A stretch of 64,000 bases of DNA from an uncultured Bacteroidales bacterium (GCA_964468645.1 CAYXUU010000001.1:79857-143856), one strand, 5' to 3'; positions 9,495 through 19,883 are shown, counted from the first letter of the stretch. Numbers and translations are program-made. The notes: generated from the sequence alone by a model not told the origin.

Positions 9495-11591
9495 TTATTG
9501 ATTGATAACAATCTTCTTTGTGCTAATACCCCTGCTGGTTTTAATCCTCAGAAAATAAATTCCATCCGACAGATTTGATGTTTCCAAGCTTTTCTCGAAA
9601 ATTCCGGCTTCAAGATACTCTTTTTCACGATAAACAATTTCACCTGAAACATTACTGAGTGTTAGAACCAATTCATCATTCTGATCAGCATTAAAACTAA
9701 CATTCAGCTGATCTGATGCAGGCACAGGATAAACCAGCAAACCAGGGATGGTTTCACGATCTTCGATAGCTGTTATTGATGTGGAATAATGTGCTTCCCA
9801 TCCATCAGCGGTTGTAAACGAATTGGTTTTAAAAGCGATAAGCATGATGCCGCTTGATGCCACTACCGTAGAGGGTAAAGAGGAACCTGAAAAAGTAGAG
9901 ATGAGCTCCTGGTTATCATAAACTTTGACAAAATCAAGGGTTTCCTCGGTTTCGAAATAATTAAAGTTAAGGATGATATCCTTACCGGATCCGGCAACAA
10001 TTTTATAAAAACAGAGCGAACTGTTATTATAATTGAAAGTCCCACTGCCATCAGAGAACACACCTGACTCTTCGGTAAATGTTTGCATACCCGTGCAATA
10101 TTCAGGAACCATAGAATTATATTCTGCATAGAAGCCGGGACCTGTATTGCTTCCATCAGATTCAAAAGAGACGCATAAGATATTACCCGTAGAATGTATT
10201 ACCCCGGGGCTGTTGGTTCCGGAATAACTTCCATAAACCGGCGCATTGGGCCCATCCCCATCGTAAATAGTCAACACATCGTTTTCCCCGAGTTCAAATT
10301 CCTCAAAAATTAACGTTATACTGGAAACAGAATCCTGTGGTGTCTGTGGATCGATAATCCAGGTTGCACTTGTATTGTCGAGGTAATTATTAATGGGACC
10401 ACTGCCATCGGTGAAAGAGCCCGATTTTTCCGTGAGGGTTATCTGGCCATTGAAATAATACGGGTATTCAGCAGGATCAGGCTCAAGGTATCTCAGGCAT
10501 TGTTGCCAGTAATGAAACCCATTAATATCGTTCAGGGTATACCATCCGTTGCCGGTTCCGCTCCAGCCAAAGTTAAAATGATACAGATCATCCTGGTATC
10601 CATCACAAACAAAGGCATGTCCACCATTATCGGAATATCCGTAATAGGCAATCGGCCTTGCCACATCCAGTTCCGCCATTAACATTTCTTTCCATTGGTT
10701 GGTTGTGAAGTTATCTCTATTCTTATACTGCACATCCGGGTACTTGAAGAAATTCTCCATGGCATAACGGGCATCTGTTGGCCAGGCACCCGAGCCAGTA
10801 GGTGAATAATTCATGTCAACACCAACGCCTGCATGATATTGCAGTTCGCCTATCGCCCATGGATTTCTTGGGTCAATGTCGTTCTGCATGGCATTCCAGT
10901 TATAGTTTGTTGAGCCATAATCAACTGAAAGGTAGCCATAGTCGGAATAATAACCATGTGTGCCCTGCCCGGTTTCAGGATAACGCCAGTAATACATGAT
11001 CTGCGACATGGCCGTAGCAACACATCCTGCATAAACGTGGCCTCCCGATCCCTGGCTGTCCTCCGGGCACAAGATATTATAAGGATAATCCTGGTTCCAG
11101 ATATCACTCACAAGGGGCTCCACCCCTTTATTCCTGGTGGTGGATATATCAATATTCCTGTAATCATCGGTAAGATAATAATTCCATTGTTTCTCAAGAG
11201 CCCCAGAGGGGTTGTCACCCTCCTTGGCCAGAACGACATAACTGTAAAGATAACTGCCGTAGTTGGAGTTTTTATCGAAATCTACGGGAAAAGATCCATG
11301 ATGGGAATATCCAATAACCGGCAAGATCCCCCTATGTGTTGAAACGATCACAAAGCCACCATCTTCAACTTTATAAACGTTGAACCAGCTAATACCTTCT
11401 TCCTGAAAGGTATAAACAAAAGAAATGTTTACATCATTGTAATCAAGGGGAACACTGTGTTTGTTCCATTGTTCGTAAACCAGGTTTTTGGCAACTTGCT
11501 CCGATTGTGTTTGTGTAATGGACTGGGCGTTGATAATTCCGAAAGGAATTAATAGCAGGCATAATACCTGTAAAGGGAAAAGTTGTTTCAT
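9495..11591 (-). CDS. C10-family cysteine peptidase (streptopain-like) with two CUB-like domains and a T9SS type-A C-terminal sorting domain
   Basis: 698 aa with a signal peptide. Catalytic-Cys context GCVATAMSQIMYYWRYP and His context GGHAFVCDGY. Two repeated ~110-aa modules (GSFTDGSGP.NY..., GVFSDGSG.FNY...). C-terminus ...DGIYFLRIKTSRGISTKKIVINQ. Confidence 0.8.
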   Translation of the reverse strand: MKQLFPLQVLCLLLIPFGIINAQSITQTQSEQVAKNLVYEQWNKHSVPLDYNDVNISFVYTFQEEGISWFNVYKVEDGGFVIVSTHRGILPVIGYSHHGSFPVDFDKNSNYGSYLYSYVVLAKEGDNPSGALEKQWNYYLTDDYRNIDISTTRNKGVEPLVSDIWNQDYPYNILCPEDSQGSGGHVYAGCVATAMSQIMYYWRYPETGQGTHGYYSDYGYLSVDYGSTNYNWNAMQNDIDPRNPWAIGELQYHAGVGVDMNYSPTGSGAWPTDARYAMENFFKYPDVQYKNRDNFTTNQWKEMLMAELDVARPIAYYGYSDNGGHAFVCDGYQDDLYHFNFGWSGTGNGWYTLNDINGFHYWQQCLRYLEPDPAEYPYYFNGQITLTEKSGSFTDGSGPINNYLDNTSATWIIDPQTPQDSVSSITLIFEEFELGENDVLTIYDGDGPNAPVYGSYSGTNSPGVIHSTGNILCVSFESDGSNTGPGFYAEYNSMVPEYCTGMQTFTEESGVFSDGSGTFNYNNSSLCFYKIVAGSGKDIILNFNYFETEETLDFVKVYDNQELISTFSGSSLPSTVVASSGIMLIAFKTNSFTTADGWEAHYSTSITAIEDRETIPGLLVYPVPASDQLNVSFNADQNDELVLTLSNVSGEIVYREKEYLEAGIFEKSLETSNLSDGIYFLRIKTSRGISTKKIVINQ

Positions 11592-11831
11592 GTTTTTGGG
11601 TTTGTTTTAAAGTGTACAAAGTAAGTGTTTTATTTTGAATTGTGGGGGACGGGAGTTGATAAATTGTTGATTTGTATGGATGAAAGGGCAATGGCATTAT
11701 ATTATCTGCAACAATATCCAATGTTAGAACAAATAGAAATTGAAAGCCGGGTATTCAATAATTGTATCTTATAAATTGTAAAAATCAAAATTTTCTTAAC
11801 CTGAAAACCGAACCAATAACATATCTGTATA

Positions 11832-11839
11832 TATTTTTG
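11832..11839 (+). promoter_or_regulatory. candidate Bacteroidota -7 promoter box (TAnnTTTG)
   Basis: TATTTTTG lies 45 nt upstream of the ACR3 ATG. Confidence 0.35.
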
Positions 11840-11883
11840 TATGCGATTATATTACTAAATTTAAAAGCTAAAACATAAATTTA

Positions 11884-12927
11884 ATGACAACAAGGAAAAA
11901 ACTCTCTTTCCTCGACAGATATCTCACCCTCTGGATATTCCTGGCCATGCTTATTGGTGTTTTCTCCGGATATCTGTTTCCATCAATGGCAGTTTTCTGG
12001 GATAGTCAGAGCTACGGTACAACCAATATACCAATTGCCATCGGATTGATCGTGATGATGTACCCACCCCTTGCAAAAGTTAAATATGAGGAACTGAAAG
12101 ACGTTTTCAGAAACACAAAAATCCTCACGCTCTCATTAATACAAAACTGGCTGATTGGCCCGATATTAATGTTTGGCCTTGCAATCCTTTTCCTTCATGA
12201 TTATCCTCATTATATGGCAGGATTGATATTAATAGGACTTGCCCGATGCATAGCCATGGTCATTGTATGGAATGAACTCGCGAAAGGTGATACGGAATAT
12301 GCTGCCGGACTAGTGGCCCTGAACTCTATTTTCCAGGTTTTATTCTTTTCGGTTTATGCCTGGGTGTTTATAACAATCCTGCCGCAATGGCTTGGGTTAA
12401 AATCTTTTGAGGTTGATATTACCATGAGGGAAATTGCAAAGAGTGTATTTATTTACCTTGGTATTCCTTTTATAGCAGGGTTCCTGACGCGGTATATTTT
12501 GATCAGGGTTAAAAACAAGGAATGGTACCATAAAAAATTCATACCCAAGATCAGCCCCTTAACGCTTATTGCATTGCTTTTTACTATCCTGGTCATGTTC
12601 TCCCTCAAGGGGGAGTACATTGTAAAAATCCCATTTGATGTTGTCAGGATAGCCATTCCACTGATACTCTATTTTGTAATTATGTTCCTGGTTTCCTTCT
12701 TCATGGGTAAGAAAGCGGGTGCTGATTATTCAAAAACCACTGCAATTTCCTTTACTGCCGCGAGCAACAATTTTGAACTTGCCATAGCAGTGGCAGTGGC
12801 TGTGTTTGGTATCAATTCAGGGGAAGCCTTTGCTGCTGTTATAGGACCACTTGTTGAAGTGCCGGTATTAATCCTGCTGGTAAATGTTGCTTTAAAATTT
12901 CAGAGGAAGTATTTTAAAGTTGGTTGA
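11884..12927 (+). CDS. acr3: ACR3-family arsenite efflux transporter
   Basis: 347 aa. N-terminus [18 protein letters not shown], with about 10 TM segments; characteristic ACR3 layout and length. Confidence 0.85.
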   Translation: MTTRKKLSFLDRYLTLWIFLAMLIGVFSGYLFPSMAVFWDSQSYGTTNIPIAIGLIVMMYPPLAKVKYEELKDVFRNTKILTLSLIQNWLIGPILMFGLAILFLHDYPHYMAGLILIGLARCIAMVIVWNELAKGDTEYAAGLVALNSIFQVLFFSVYAWVFITILPQWLGLKSFEVDITMREIAKSVFIYLGIPFIAGFLTRYILIRVKNKEWYHKKFIPKISPLTLIALLFTILVMFSLKGEYIVKIPFDVVRIAIPLILYFVIMFLVSFFMGKKAGADYSKTTAISFTAASNNFELAIAVAVAVFGINSGEAFAAVIGPLVEVPVLILLVNVALKFQRKYFKVG

Positions 12928-12979
12928 ATGGTTTAGTTGTTGAAAAGTTGAAATGTTAAATATCCGCAGGCAGGTATTA

Positions 12980-14779
12980 TTAACATGATGGCAAAGAAAC
13001 AAGGAAAGTGCTTCCTTTTCCCGGGGTGCTGGAAACAGAAATCTCACCACCATTTTTTGTGACAAATTCTTTACACAGGATCAATCCAAGGCCGGTACCT
13101 GTTTCATTAGCAGTTCCTTTTGTTGATTGCATTTTTTCTAAGTTAAAAAGATTCAAAATTGTTTTTTCATCCATACCAACGCCAGTGTCAGTAATTCTAA
13201 GTTTAACTTTTTCTTTGACCTGCATGACGGAAACCAGTATATGACCTCCCTGGTTGGTGAATTTAATTGCATTGGCCAGGAGATTCCTGATTATGGCCAT
13301 GATCATATTTTTATCGCCATAAATGCACAATCCAGGCTGAATTCCTATTTTTAGATCTAATTTTTTTGACTGCAAATGACCTTCAAATAAAATTTTCACC
13401 TTCTCAACCATACCCAGAACATCAATTTTAACTGGTTTAAATTTCAACTTGTTGGATTGTGAATGAGTCCATTGCAAAAGATTTTCAAGCAGTTCCAACA
13501 AAAAAACACTATCCCTGGCGAAGAGTTTAACCATTTTAAGACGCTCATTATCATTCATTGAATAATAGTCATCATGTAATAGTTCAGAAAGACCAATCAT
13601 CGTGGAAACAGGATTTCGCAGATCATGAGAAATGATGGATAAGAATTTATCTTTTGTATTATTTGCCGTTTCTGCGACATTTTTAGCCGCAATTAAATTT
13701 GATTTTACCAATAACAGATCTTCATATTGCCTGGCATTTGTGATACCCAATCCTATAACCTGGCTTATAAACTTACATAATCTTAAATAATTCTGAAGGT
13801 GTTGTTTGAACATCAGATCCTGAACCATAAGAATTCCCAGGGATTTCCCTTCATGCTTTATTAGTATGCTGAATCCGGCATCATTATTATGGATAAGATG
13901 TTCACCTGGGAATAATACCAGGTCTTTAATTTCTGATCGCTGCCTGTCATCGATGATAAGATTGCCTGATTGGTGGAAAGGGATGAAAGATACTCTTTTG
14001 GGTGCAAAAAGCGCTGTAATAATTTCCTTCGCACCTTCAATTATTTTTGATTCCGTATCAATTTCTGCCAACTGACTGATCAGGTCGAATGCCAATGCAT
14101 AATTTGAGGCAGTTTTCTTTTCCTCATTTAGCATTTGTTTTGTCTGCAATAATTCTTTTTCGTATTTCCGCTTTTCAAAATCCCTTGTAAATAAAAGCCG
14201 AAAATGATCCATGCCTACACTCATGATTTCATAAGGAAGCTTCACATATTCAGCAAATTGAACAAGGTGCGATCTCATTTCCCCACGTATGCCTGTATCC
14301 AGCAAAAGCAATTTTTTTGCAGATTCCCTGAAAAAATCTATAGCCTGTTCCCTGTTGAATTTCCAGTACTCTTCGATGTAGAACTTCCATTTAAGAAGCC
14401 ATCCCGGTGAAAGAAGATAATTTCCTTCTGAAATTAGTTGATTTATGAATGTTTTATTTATCAGCAAATCAAAACAGGTAAATTCTTGTTCTGAAGATGA
14501 GGGTGTCAGGGTATCGCCATCTGAATCTGAAAAGTTAATAAATCGGGTACAACCCACAATATAATGATTACCGTACGTTTGCTTTAATTTTTTAATTGCC
14601 CCTTTATACCTGTTATCGGATGAAATGTTGAACCTGTCGCAAACAGCAGGATGTGAATGAATTTTAATGTTAATTATTTTCTCAGAAGCAATTAATTTGT
14701 TTACTTCTTTCATATAGTTTTCACAAACGATAAGATGAAGTTTCCCTTTCATACAGGGCAAAGGTACAATCAAAACCAA
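12980..14779 (-). CDS. cytoplasmic sensor histidine kinase with N-terminal DUF1638-like domain
   Basis: 599 aa. H-box FLSIISHDLRNPV, N-box NLLANAIKFT, G1 DTGVGM, G2 GTGLGL. The N-terminal ~200 aa (LHLIVCENY...SPGWLLKWKFY...) resembles DUF1638. No TM segments. The likely true start is the MKGK codon at 14752, which avoids overlap with 14770..15810. Confidence 0.75.
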   Translation of the reverse strand: MVLIVPLPCMKGKLHLIVCENYMKEVNKLIASEKIINIKIHSHPAVCDRFNISSDNRYKGAIKKLKQTYGNHYIVGCTRFINFSDSDGDTLTPSSSEQEFTCFDLLINKTFINQLISEGNYLLSPGWLLKWKFYIEEYWKFNREQAIDFFRESAKKLLLLDTGIRGEMRSHLVQFAEYVKLPYEIMSVGMDHFRLLFTRDFEKRKYEKELLQTKQMLNEEKKTASNYALAFDLISQLAEIDTESKIIEGAKEIITALFAPKRVSFIPFHQSGNLIIDDRQRSEIKDLVLFPGEHLIHNNDAGFSILIKHEGKSLGILMVQDLMFKQHLQNYLRLCKFISQVIGLGITNARQYEDLLLVKSNLIAAKNVAETANNTKDKFLSIISHDLRNPVSTMIGLSELLHDDYYSMNDNERLKMVKLFARDSVFLLELLENLLQWTHSQSNKLKFKPVKIDVLGMVEKVKILFEGHLQSKKLDLKIGIQPGLCIYGDKNMIMAIIRNLLANAIKFTNQGGHILVSVMQVKEKVKLRITDTGVGMDEKTILNLFNLEKMQSTKGTANETGTGLGLILCKEFVTKNGGEISVSSTPGKGSTFLVSLPSC

Positions 14780-15810
14780 TTTAACGGATAAGTTCCCCAG
14801 GTTTTTACGGCTTTTGCAATGGCCCGCAGGGTTATATCCTGAACCTGGTATGGTATTTCTCCGTGATTGTCCGAAATCAATAATCCCCCACCTTTTCCGG
14901 CCTTTTGTATGATTGATTTCACCTGGTTTTCCGCCTCACGGGCCGACCAGTTAGCCATACCAATACCATTCAGATTGCCTAGAAGTGAAAATTTTCCCCG
15001 GGCTACCTGTTTTAAATCAGCCATATCTTCCAGACAACTTACCCCGACAATAGCAGTTCCGGTCTCAGCCACGTCTTTAAGAATAGGCAAACACCTGCCC
15101 GATGCAAAATGTGTTGCTGAAGGCCCTTTGATTTGTCCTAAAGTTCTTTTCGCAATTTTATAACCGGTATTCAGGTATTGTTCCCTGGTAATGATAGAGG
15201 AAGATGATACAGGATCGAAATAGCAGATTGCGGTAGCCCCGGCATTAATCTGGGCATTAGCCCATGCCACACAAAATTGCCCGTTTTTCTGCATTAATAG
15301 TTCAAAATCCGCCTGATGATAAACCATCAGTTCCAGATATTTATCGAAGCCCATTTGCATCACCGGTAATGAAAATGGTGACATTACAACTCCGATTATA
15401 GGTACAGTATCCTGAACTTCACTTTTTAATAAACCGATTGCTTTAAATACTTTTTCCAGTTCCTTGGTTTGTTCGGGGACGGGGGGGGCATAACTCCGAA
15501 TATCCTCCACTGATTTTATGAAAGGCCGGCCCGAATTTGGAGGGCCATCATTTCTGTATATTACATCCCCTCCGCATATTTCTGTCTCCAATGGTGCATA
15601 GAAGAAGGCATAAATGCAATCATTATTATATTTTCGCATCATTTTCAGCTGGCCTTCAACTATGTTCTCTGCTTTGCTGAAATAATCTTTAATGCTGATA
15701 TTAAGCGCCTTTGCCCCGTGTAATGATAGCAATAAAAATAATGGTACCTTGTCAGGCTCTTTCTGGCCCAATGCTGTGAGCACTCGTTGAAGTGAATTAT
15801 AAGTCTCCAT
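14770..15810 (-). CDS. uroporphyrinogen-decarboxylase-fold methyltransferase (MtaA/CmuA-type corrinoid methyltransferase family)
   Basis: 346 aa. URO-D family length and strings (PDKVPLFLLLSLHGA..., GATAICYFDPVSS). It lies 1 nt downstream of the corrinoid-protein gene. Confidence 0.7.
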   Translation of the reverse strand: METYNSLQRVLTALGQKEPDKVPLFLLLSLHGAKALNISIKDYFSKAENIVEGQLKMMRKYNNDCIYAFFYAPLETEICGGDVIYRNDGPPNSGRPFIKSVEDIRSYAPPVPEQTKELEKVFKAIGLLKSEVQDTVPIIGVVMSPFSLPVMQMGFDKYLELMVYHQADFELLMQKNGQFCVAWANAQINAGATAICYFDPVSSSSIITREQYLNTGYKIAKRTLGQIKGPSATHFASGRCLPILKDVAETGTAIVGVSCLEDMADLKQVARGKFSLLGNLNGIGMANWSAREAENQVKSIIQKAGKGGGLLISDNHGEIPYQVQDITLRAIAKAVKTWGTYPLNWF

Positions 15811-15811
15811 A

Positions 15812-16432
15812 TCAATAGGTTAGGTCATTTATCAAGCTAATCGCATCTGCAGGGGATTTACCCATTGCATCTGCACCAACCTGTTTCCAGAGATTATTAT
15901 CAAAATAAAACGGAGCACCACCTACAATAAGCCTGACATCAAGATGATGATCATTAAGCTTTCCCCTTAATTCCTTAATTTCAAGTGCAGAAGGATACAT
16001 TAATACCGAGACAAGTAAAATTCTTATGTTTTTATTAATGATCTCTTCGACGATCTCATCTGCGTTCAATCCATGACCAAGATCTAACAGGTTGATCCCG
16101 GATGATTTTAAAACAGCATAAATAATTTTTTTCCCCAGGATATGATAATCACCATAGGTGACAATAGCTGTTTCAGGGCCCCCGGCTGAATCCTGGTCTG
16201 ATACAGGCAGTAATTCTGTAACAAGGGATTCGCAAATCCGTCCGCTGATGTAAACCTGTGACAAGGCCACATCTCCCTTCTCCCATTTATCACCTATACT
16301 TTTTAGGGCGTTTTCTATCACATCTGCAATTACATTCCGACCATTGGCAAGAACTTTAATAAGTATTTCCTTAGCCTGAACCTCATTAAAATCAAGTAAC
16401 GCCATTTCAAATTGGCTGATCTGATCCTTCAT
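15812..16432 (-). CDS. corrinoid (cobalamin)-binding protein, MtaC/MtbC-like
   Basis: 206 aa. An N-terminal helical cap is followed by a Rossmann B12-binding domain with DxHxxG (GDYHILG), SxL (VSVLM) and GG (IVGGAPF) motifs. Confidence 0.8.
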   Translation of the reverse strand: MKDQISQFEMALLDFNEVQAKEILIKVLANGRNVIADVIENALKSIGDKWEKGDVALSQVYISGRICESLVTELLPVSDQDSAGGPETAIVTYGDYHILGKKIIYAVLKSSGINLLDLGHGLNADEIVEEIINKNIRILLVSVLMYPSALEIKELRGKLNDHHLDVRLIVGGAPFYFDNNLWKQVGADAMGKSPADAISLINDLTY

Positions 16433-16692
16433 ACGAATTCTTAGAAAAAATAGAGTATGCTATATATTCCTTTATAAAGATATAAATAATCTGTGTCATC
16501 CTTCGAAATTATTTATACTTCAATCTTAACAGGATCACCTGGATTCATCACCTTGTTATTCAAATTAATTTAAAACTCCAAACTTGTTTTTGGTATGATT
16601 TTGGAATTATTCCACTAAAATCACATATATGTCATAAGTTTCTACCCTCATTTAAACAAACGGCATTATTAACTAAATCAGGAGTTATTATC

Positions 16693-17703
16693 ATGAAAAC
16701 AACATTAATTGCTTTATCGGCATGCATTGTATTGTTATGTGTGAATACGGGCGGCAATGCACAGGAGGTAATCTATGACAGCTACAAAATCTCAAAACCT
16801 TACACCCACAAAAACCTTACGCTGTGGTTTCTTCAGGGCGGGGACCAATTAATCTATGACAACATGCTAACACTTGAAGAAGCCCTTGAAAAGGACATTA
16901 TTAAAGTGCTTGAAACCTCAAATGTTGGCGAACTGGCCATTGAAAACAAATCCGAACATCCTGTTTTTATCCAGTCAGGTGATATTGTAAAAGGGGGGAA
17001 ACAGGACAGGGTAATCCGATACGATATCATTATCCCTCCCTGGTCTGACAGAATTCCACTGGCTTCTTTCTGTGTCGAGTATGGACGCTGGTCTCAAAGG
17101 GGGAATGAATCATATTCTGAATTCAGTGGTAGTAGTAAACGAATAGCATCAAGGGATCTGAAACTGGCAACTATCGATAAAGAATCTCAACAGGATGTCT
17201 GGGGAGAAGTGGAAGAATTGCAGGCTAAGCTTAACAGCAATATGGATGCAGCTGTAGAAAATTCGGAATCTGAATCAAGCCTTCAACTTACACTTGAAAA
17301 TGAAGAACTTGATAAATTAACCGAAGATTACACGGCTTTCTTTGGTGACTTGTTTAACAATTCAGACGATATTATTGGTTTTGTTTTTGCTATTAACGGA
17401 GAGATCAACAGTGCTGATTTTTATGGAAGTGCTCAATTATTCAGAAAAACCTGGCCAAGATTAATTGAAGCAACTTCGGTGGAGGCCATTGCCGAATATA
17501 ATAAAGGCCTACAGTACGAAACACAATCAGCAAACGAAATCAAAGATTGGCTGATAGAGGTAGAAACAGGTAAGCAATATGAAAAGCTGGCCTCTGGGAA
17601 CACAGAAATTATAATTAAGGAATCAGGGGGGAATTTTGTTTTTGAAACATATGATAAAGAGCAAAAGGGAAAATGGTTGCATAAAAGTGTGATTCGAAAA
17701 TAA
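16693..17703 (+). CDS. hypothetical secreted protein
   Basis: 336 aa with a signal peptide (ALSACIVLLCVNTGGNAQE). Good coding periodicity; no motif I can assign. Confidence 0.6.
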   Translation: MKTTLIALSACIVLLCVNTGGNAQEVIYDSYKISKPYTHKNLTLWFLQGGDQLIYDNMLTLEEALEKDIIKVLETSNVGELAIENKSEHPVFIQSGDIVKGGKQDRVIRYDIIIPPWSDRIPLASFCVEYGRWSQRGNESYSEFSGSSKRIASRDLKLATIDKESQQDVWGEVEELQAKLNSNMDAAVENSESESSLQLTLENEELDKLTEDYTAFFGDLFNNSDDIIGFVFAINGEINSADFYGSAQLFRKTWPRLIEATSVEAIAEYNKGLQYETQSANEIKDWLIEVETGKQYEKLASGNTEIIIKESGGNFVFETYDKEQKGKWLHKSVIRK

Positions 17704-17724
17704 ATCCGGAAATAGAGAAATTTA

Positions 17725-17834
17725 TTTTAACCGCGAAGACCGCAAAAGAAGCGCCAAGAATGAAAATATATTTCATTATGATAAGCAGAGGATCTTAAGG
17801 CTTCGTTAACTTGTTGCGGACTTTGTGGTTAAAA
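17725..17834. repeat. TTTTAACCGC-family intergenic hairpin element
   Basis: Left arm TTTTAACCGCGAAGACCGCAAAAG. The right arm reads GTTTTAACCACAAAGTCCGCAACAAG on the other strand. About 110 bp, located immediately after the stop of 16693..17703. Confidence 0.6.
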
Positions 17835-17989
17835 CACAAAAAGGCAATAACATAAAACAAGGAATGGGATTTCAAGACAGCCTGCCCTAATGATATATAT
17901 CAATCAAAAACAGTGGATCAATCCTCTTTTATTTATTGTATATAGGTCAAATTATAATCATATCTTTGCGATACGTGGATTAATACCTG

Positions 17990-18355
17990 ATGAGCACGAA
18001 TAACAAATATAAAAAGGCTATCCTGATCATCACTGCCTCTGCAATTATGTGGGTGTTTCTGGCATCCATCATCAATTTCCATATGCAACGGATATGGGGG
18101 AAACAACTGGTAGAGCAAACCTATACCATCATCAAGCCTAAAGATAAGAAACAGCAACTTCATGTGCTGATCAGTTCGCATAAAGCCCAGAATTTTCACC
18201 TGTTTCTTTTTGCTGGTTTATTTATCGCCCTTACGATCTCCTTAACTGGTTTCCTGATTAACTGGAAAAAATTATTCTATCCCGTCTATCTCTATTTCCT
18301 GCGAATCGCAGATTTCCCGGATCAACGAAATTTCCGGGGACCCCCTTCTTTATAA
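17990..18355 (+). CDS. hypothetical small membrane protein
   Basis: 121 aa with two predicted TM stretches. It competes with an antisense 88-aa ORF. Weak support. Confidence 0.3.
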   Translation: MSTNNKYKKAILIITASAIMWVFLASIINFHMQRIWGKQLVEQTYTIIKPKDKKQQLHVLISSHKAQNFHLFLFAGLFIALTISLTGFLINWKKLFYPVYLYFLRIADFPDQRNFRGPPSL

Positions 18356-18457
18356 TCATCGAATTCATATCGATTAATTGATTGAATAATAATTTTTTTA
18401 TTGTTCAAACCTGGTTAGTTCAATGAAATTTAATTTAAAAACCATAAAAATTTTATC

Positions 18458-19708
18458 ATGAAAAAAGCTTTACTAATTAGTCTGATCAGCGTAGTTCTGA
18501 TAACATCCGGATCGATCATTTCAGCACAGACAATAGATTCTGTTGATATGGGAAACGGCTATTCAAATGATGTTTTTTACAGTTTAACCAATGGTGAAGT
18601 GAAATCCGAACCACGCAATAACTGGGATATCGCTTTTTACACATCCGTTATGTCTGCAGGGATCATTGTTAATGATGCCAGTGAAATAGAATTAAAAATT
18701 TATCCTAAGGCCGATACAAACGGATGGAATAATATAGACACAACAGGCCTGTCAACCTGGCCTGTTCTCTATAATTCGGAAGAAGACTGGGAGGATGGGG
18801 CATTCAACAGAAATGGCTATGGACAACTCGATTACGGATGGGGGATTTACAATATGGTAACCCATAAACTGGTTGGTGATTCCCTGTTTATTATCAAACT
18901 TGCAGATACCATTTATAAAAAACTGTGGATAGTCCGTAAGCTATCCGCCCAGAACATTTACCAGTTCCGGTATGCAAATCTCGACAATTCGGAGGAGATG
19001 GAAAAGGAATATAACCTGATGGATTATGTGACAAAAAACTTTGTTTACTATTCAATAACCAACGATGAACTCATCGACAGGGAACCGAATAAGGAAAGCT
19101 GGGATATTCTGTGGACCAAATATATTGGAGCTCAACCGCAGGGTGGTGTCTATCCGGTAACCGGCATCCTGAGTAATATTAATATTGCAAACAATCGTTT
19201 TCATCCTGTTTCACCCGATTATACGGATTGGTTTACCGTTCCGGTTGATACTACAAAATCAGGGATTGGCTGGAACTGGAAAAAATTCGATTTTGGAACA
19301 CTTCAATATAAAATTGTCGACTCACTGGTGTTTTTTGTCACCAATAAAAATGCTGATGTCTATAAATTGTATTTCAACTCTTTTCAGATAGGAACCGGAA
19401 AAACAATTTTTGTTAAAGAAGCGATTTCAATGGCCGATATTATTGAGTATGAAAATAAAGCCCCAATACTGAAAATACATACAAATCCGGTTAACAAGAT
19501 CTTAAGTTTCAATTATTCGGAAGTCACCGGTGAAAAATCGGTAAAAATAACGGATCTCACAGGAAGAGCTATTTACAATAATATGCTTCCTGATCATGGG
19601 ACAGACTTTTACAATCTCAAGGTTTCCCAGCTAATGAATGGTGTCTATTTCCTTACAATTCAAACCATTGAGGGCAGGGTAACAGAGAAGTTTATTGTAA
19701 AGAGATAA
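18458..19708 (+). CDS. HmuY-like domain protein with T9SS type-A C-terminal sorting domain
   Basis: 416 aa with a signal peptide. WDIAFY motif typical of HmuY-like proteins. C-terminus ...MNGVYFLTIQTIEGRVTEKFIVKR. Confidence 0.6.
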   Translation: MKKALLISLISVVLITSGSIISAQTIDSVDMGNGYSNDVFYSLTNGEVKSEPRNNWDIAFYTSVMSAGIIVNDASEIELKIYPKADTNGWNNIDTTGLSTWPVLYNSEEDWEDGAFNRNGYGQLDYGWGIYNMVTHKLVGDSLFIIKLADTIYKKLWIVRKLSAQNIYQFRYANLDNSEEMEKEYNLMDYVTKNFVYYSITNDELIDREPNKESWDILWTKYIGAQPQGGVYPVTGILSNINIANNRFHPVSPDYTDWFTVPVDTTKSGIGWNWKKFDFGTLQYKIVDSLVFFVTNKNADVYKLYFNSFQIGTGKTIFVKEAISMADIIEYENKAPILKIHTNPVNKILSFNYSEVTGEKSVKITDLTGRAIYNNMLPDHGTDFYNLKVSQLMNGVYFLTIQTIEGRVTEKFIVKR

Positions 19709-19734
19709 TCATAATTTTAGTTTGAACACTATGA

Positions 19735-19810
19735 TAACCACAGGGTACACCGAGTTAATCAGAGAAAACAGGGCATATAGGAATTCCTGTATGCCTTCTC
19801 TGTGGTTAAA
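19735..19810. repeat. hairpin element (TAACCACAG arms plus inner near-perfect 24-bp palindrome centred on GAATTC)
   Basis: TAACCACAG (19735-43) pairs with CTGTGGTTA (19800-08). The inner palindrome GGCATATAGGAATTCCTGTATGCC is at 19772-19795. It lies inside the improbable N-terminal extension of the TonB-receptor ORF. Confidence 0.55.
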
Positions 19811-19883
19811 ACCAAAATCAACAAGAATTAAAATAAGCCAATTTCAGGTTGTTTCATTAAGATCGTGGTCTTGTTGTGCCCTG

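Noticed and set aside
11884-12927. A stand-alone ACR3 gene without arsR/arsC as evidence of an unusual arsenic system.
   Set aside because: Isolated acr3 genes are common. The partner genes may lie elsewhere, and nothing in the flanks suggests a new system.
16433-16692. A possible cobalamin riboswitch upstream of the corrinoid-protein operon.
   Set aside because: The 260-nt region is AT-rich and shows no B12-box-like GC-rich core on the minus strand. Only an Infernal scan could exclude a riboswitch formally.
17933-18199. An 88-aa minus-strand ORF competing with 17990..18355.
   Set aside because: Neither ORF is convincing. The plus-strand ORF has two TM-like segments and matches the orientation of the downstream locus, so only that one is listed, at low confidence.
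19722-19883. The 54-aa N-terminal extension of the TonB-dependent receptor ORF (tracked start 19722).
   Set aside because: The extension begins at a non-ATG codon and encodes no signal peptide. It is occupied by a hairpin repeat. A canonical signal peptide starts at Met55 (19884).
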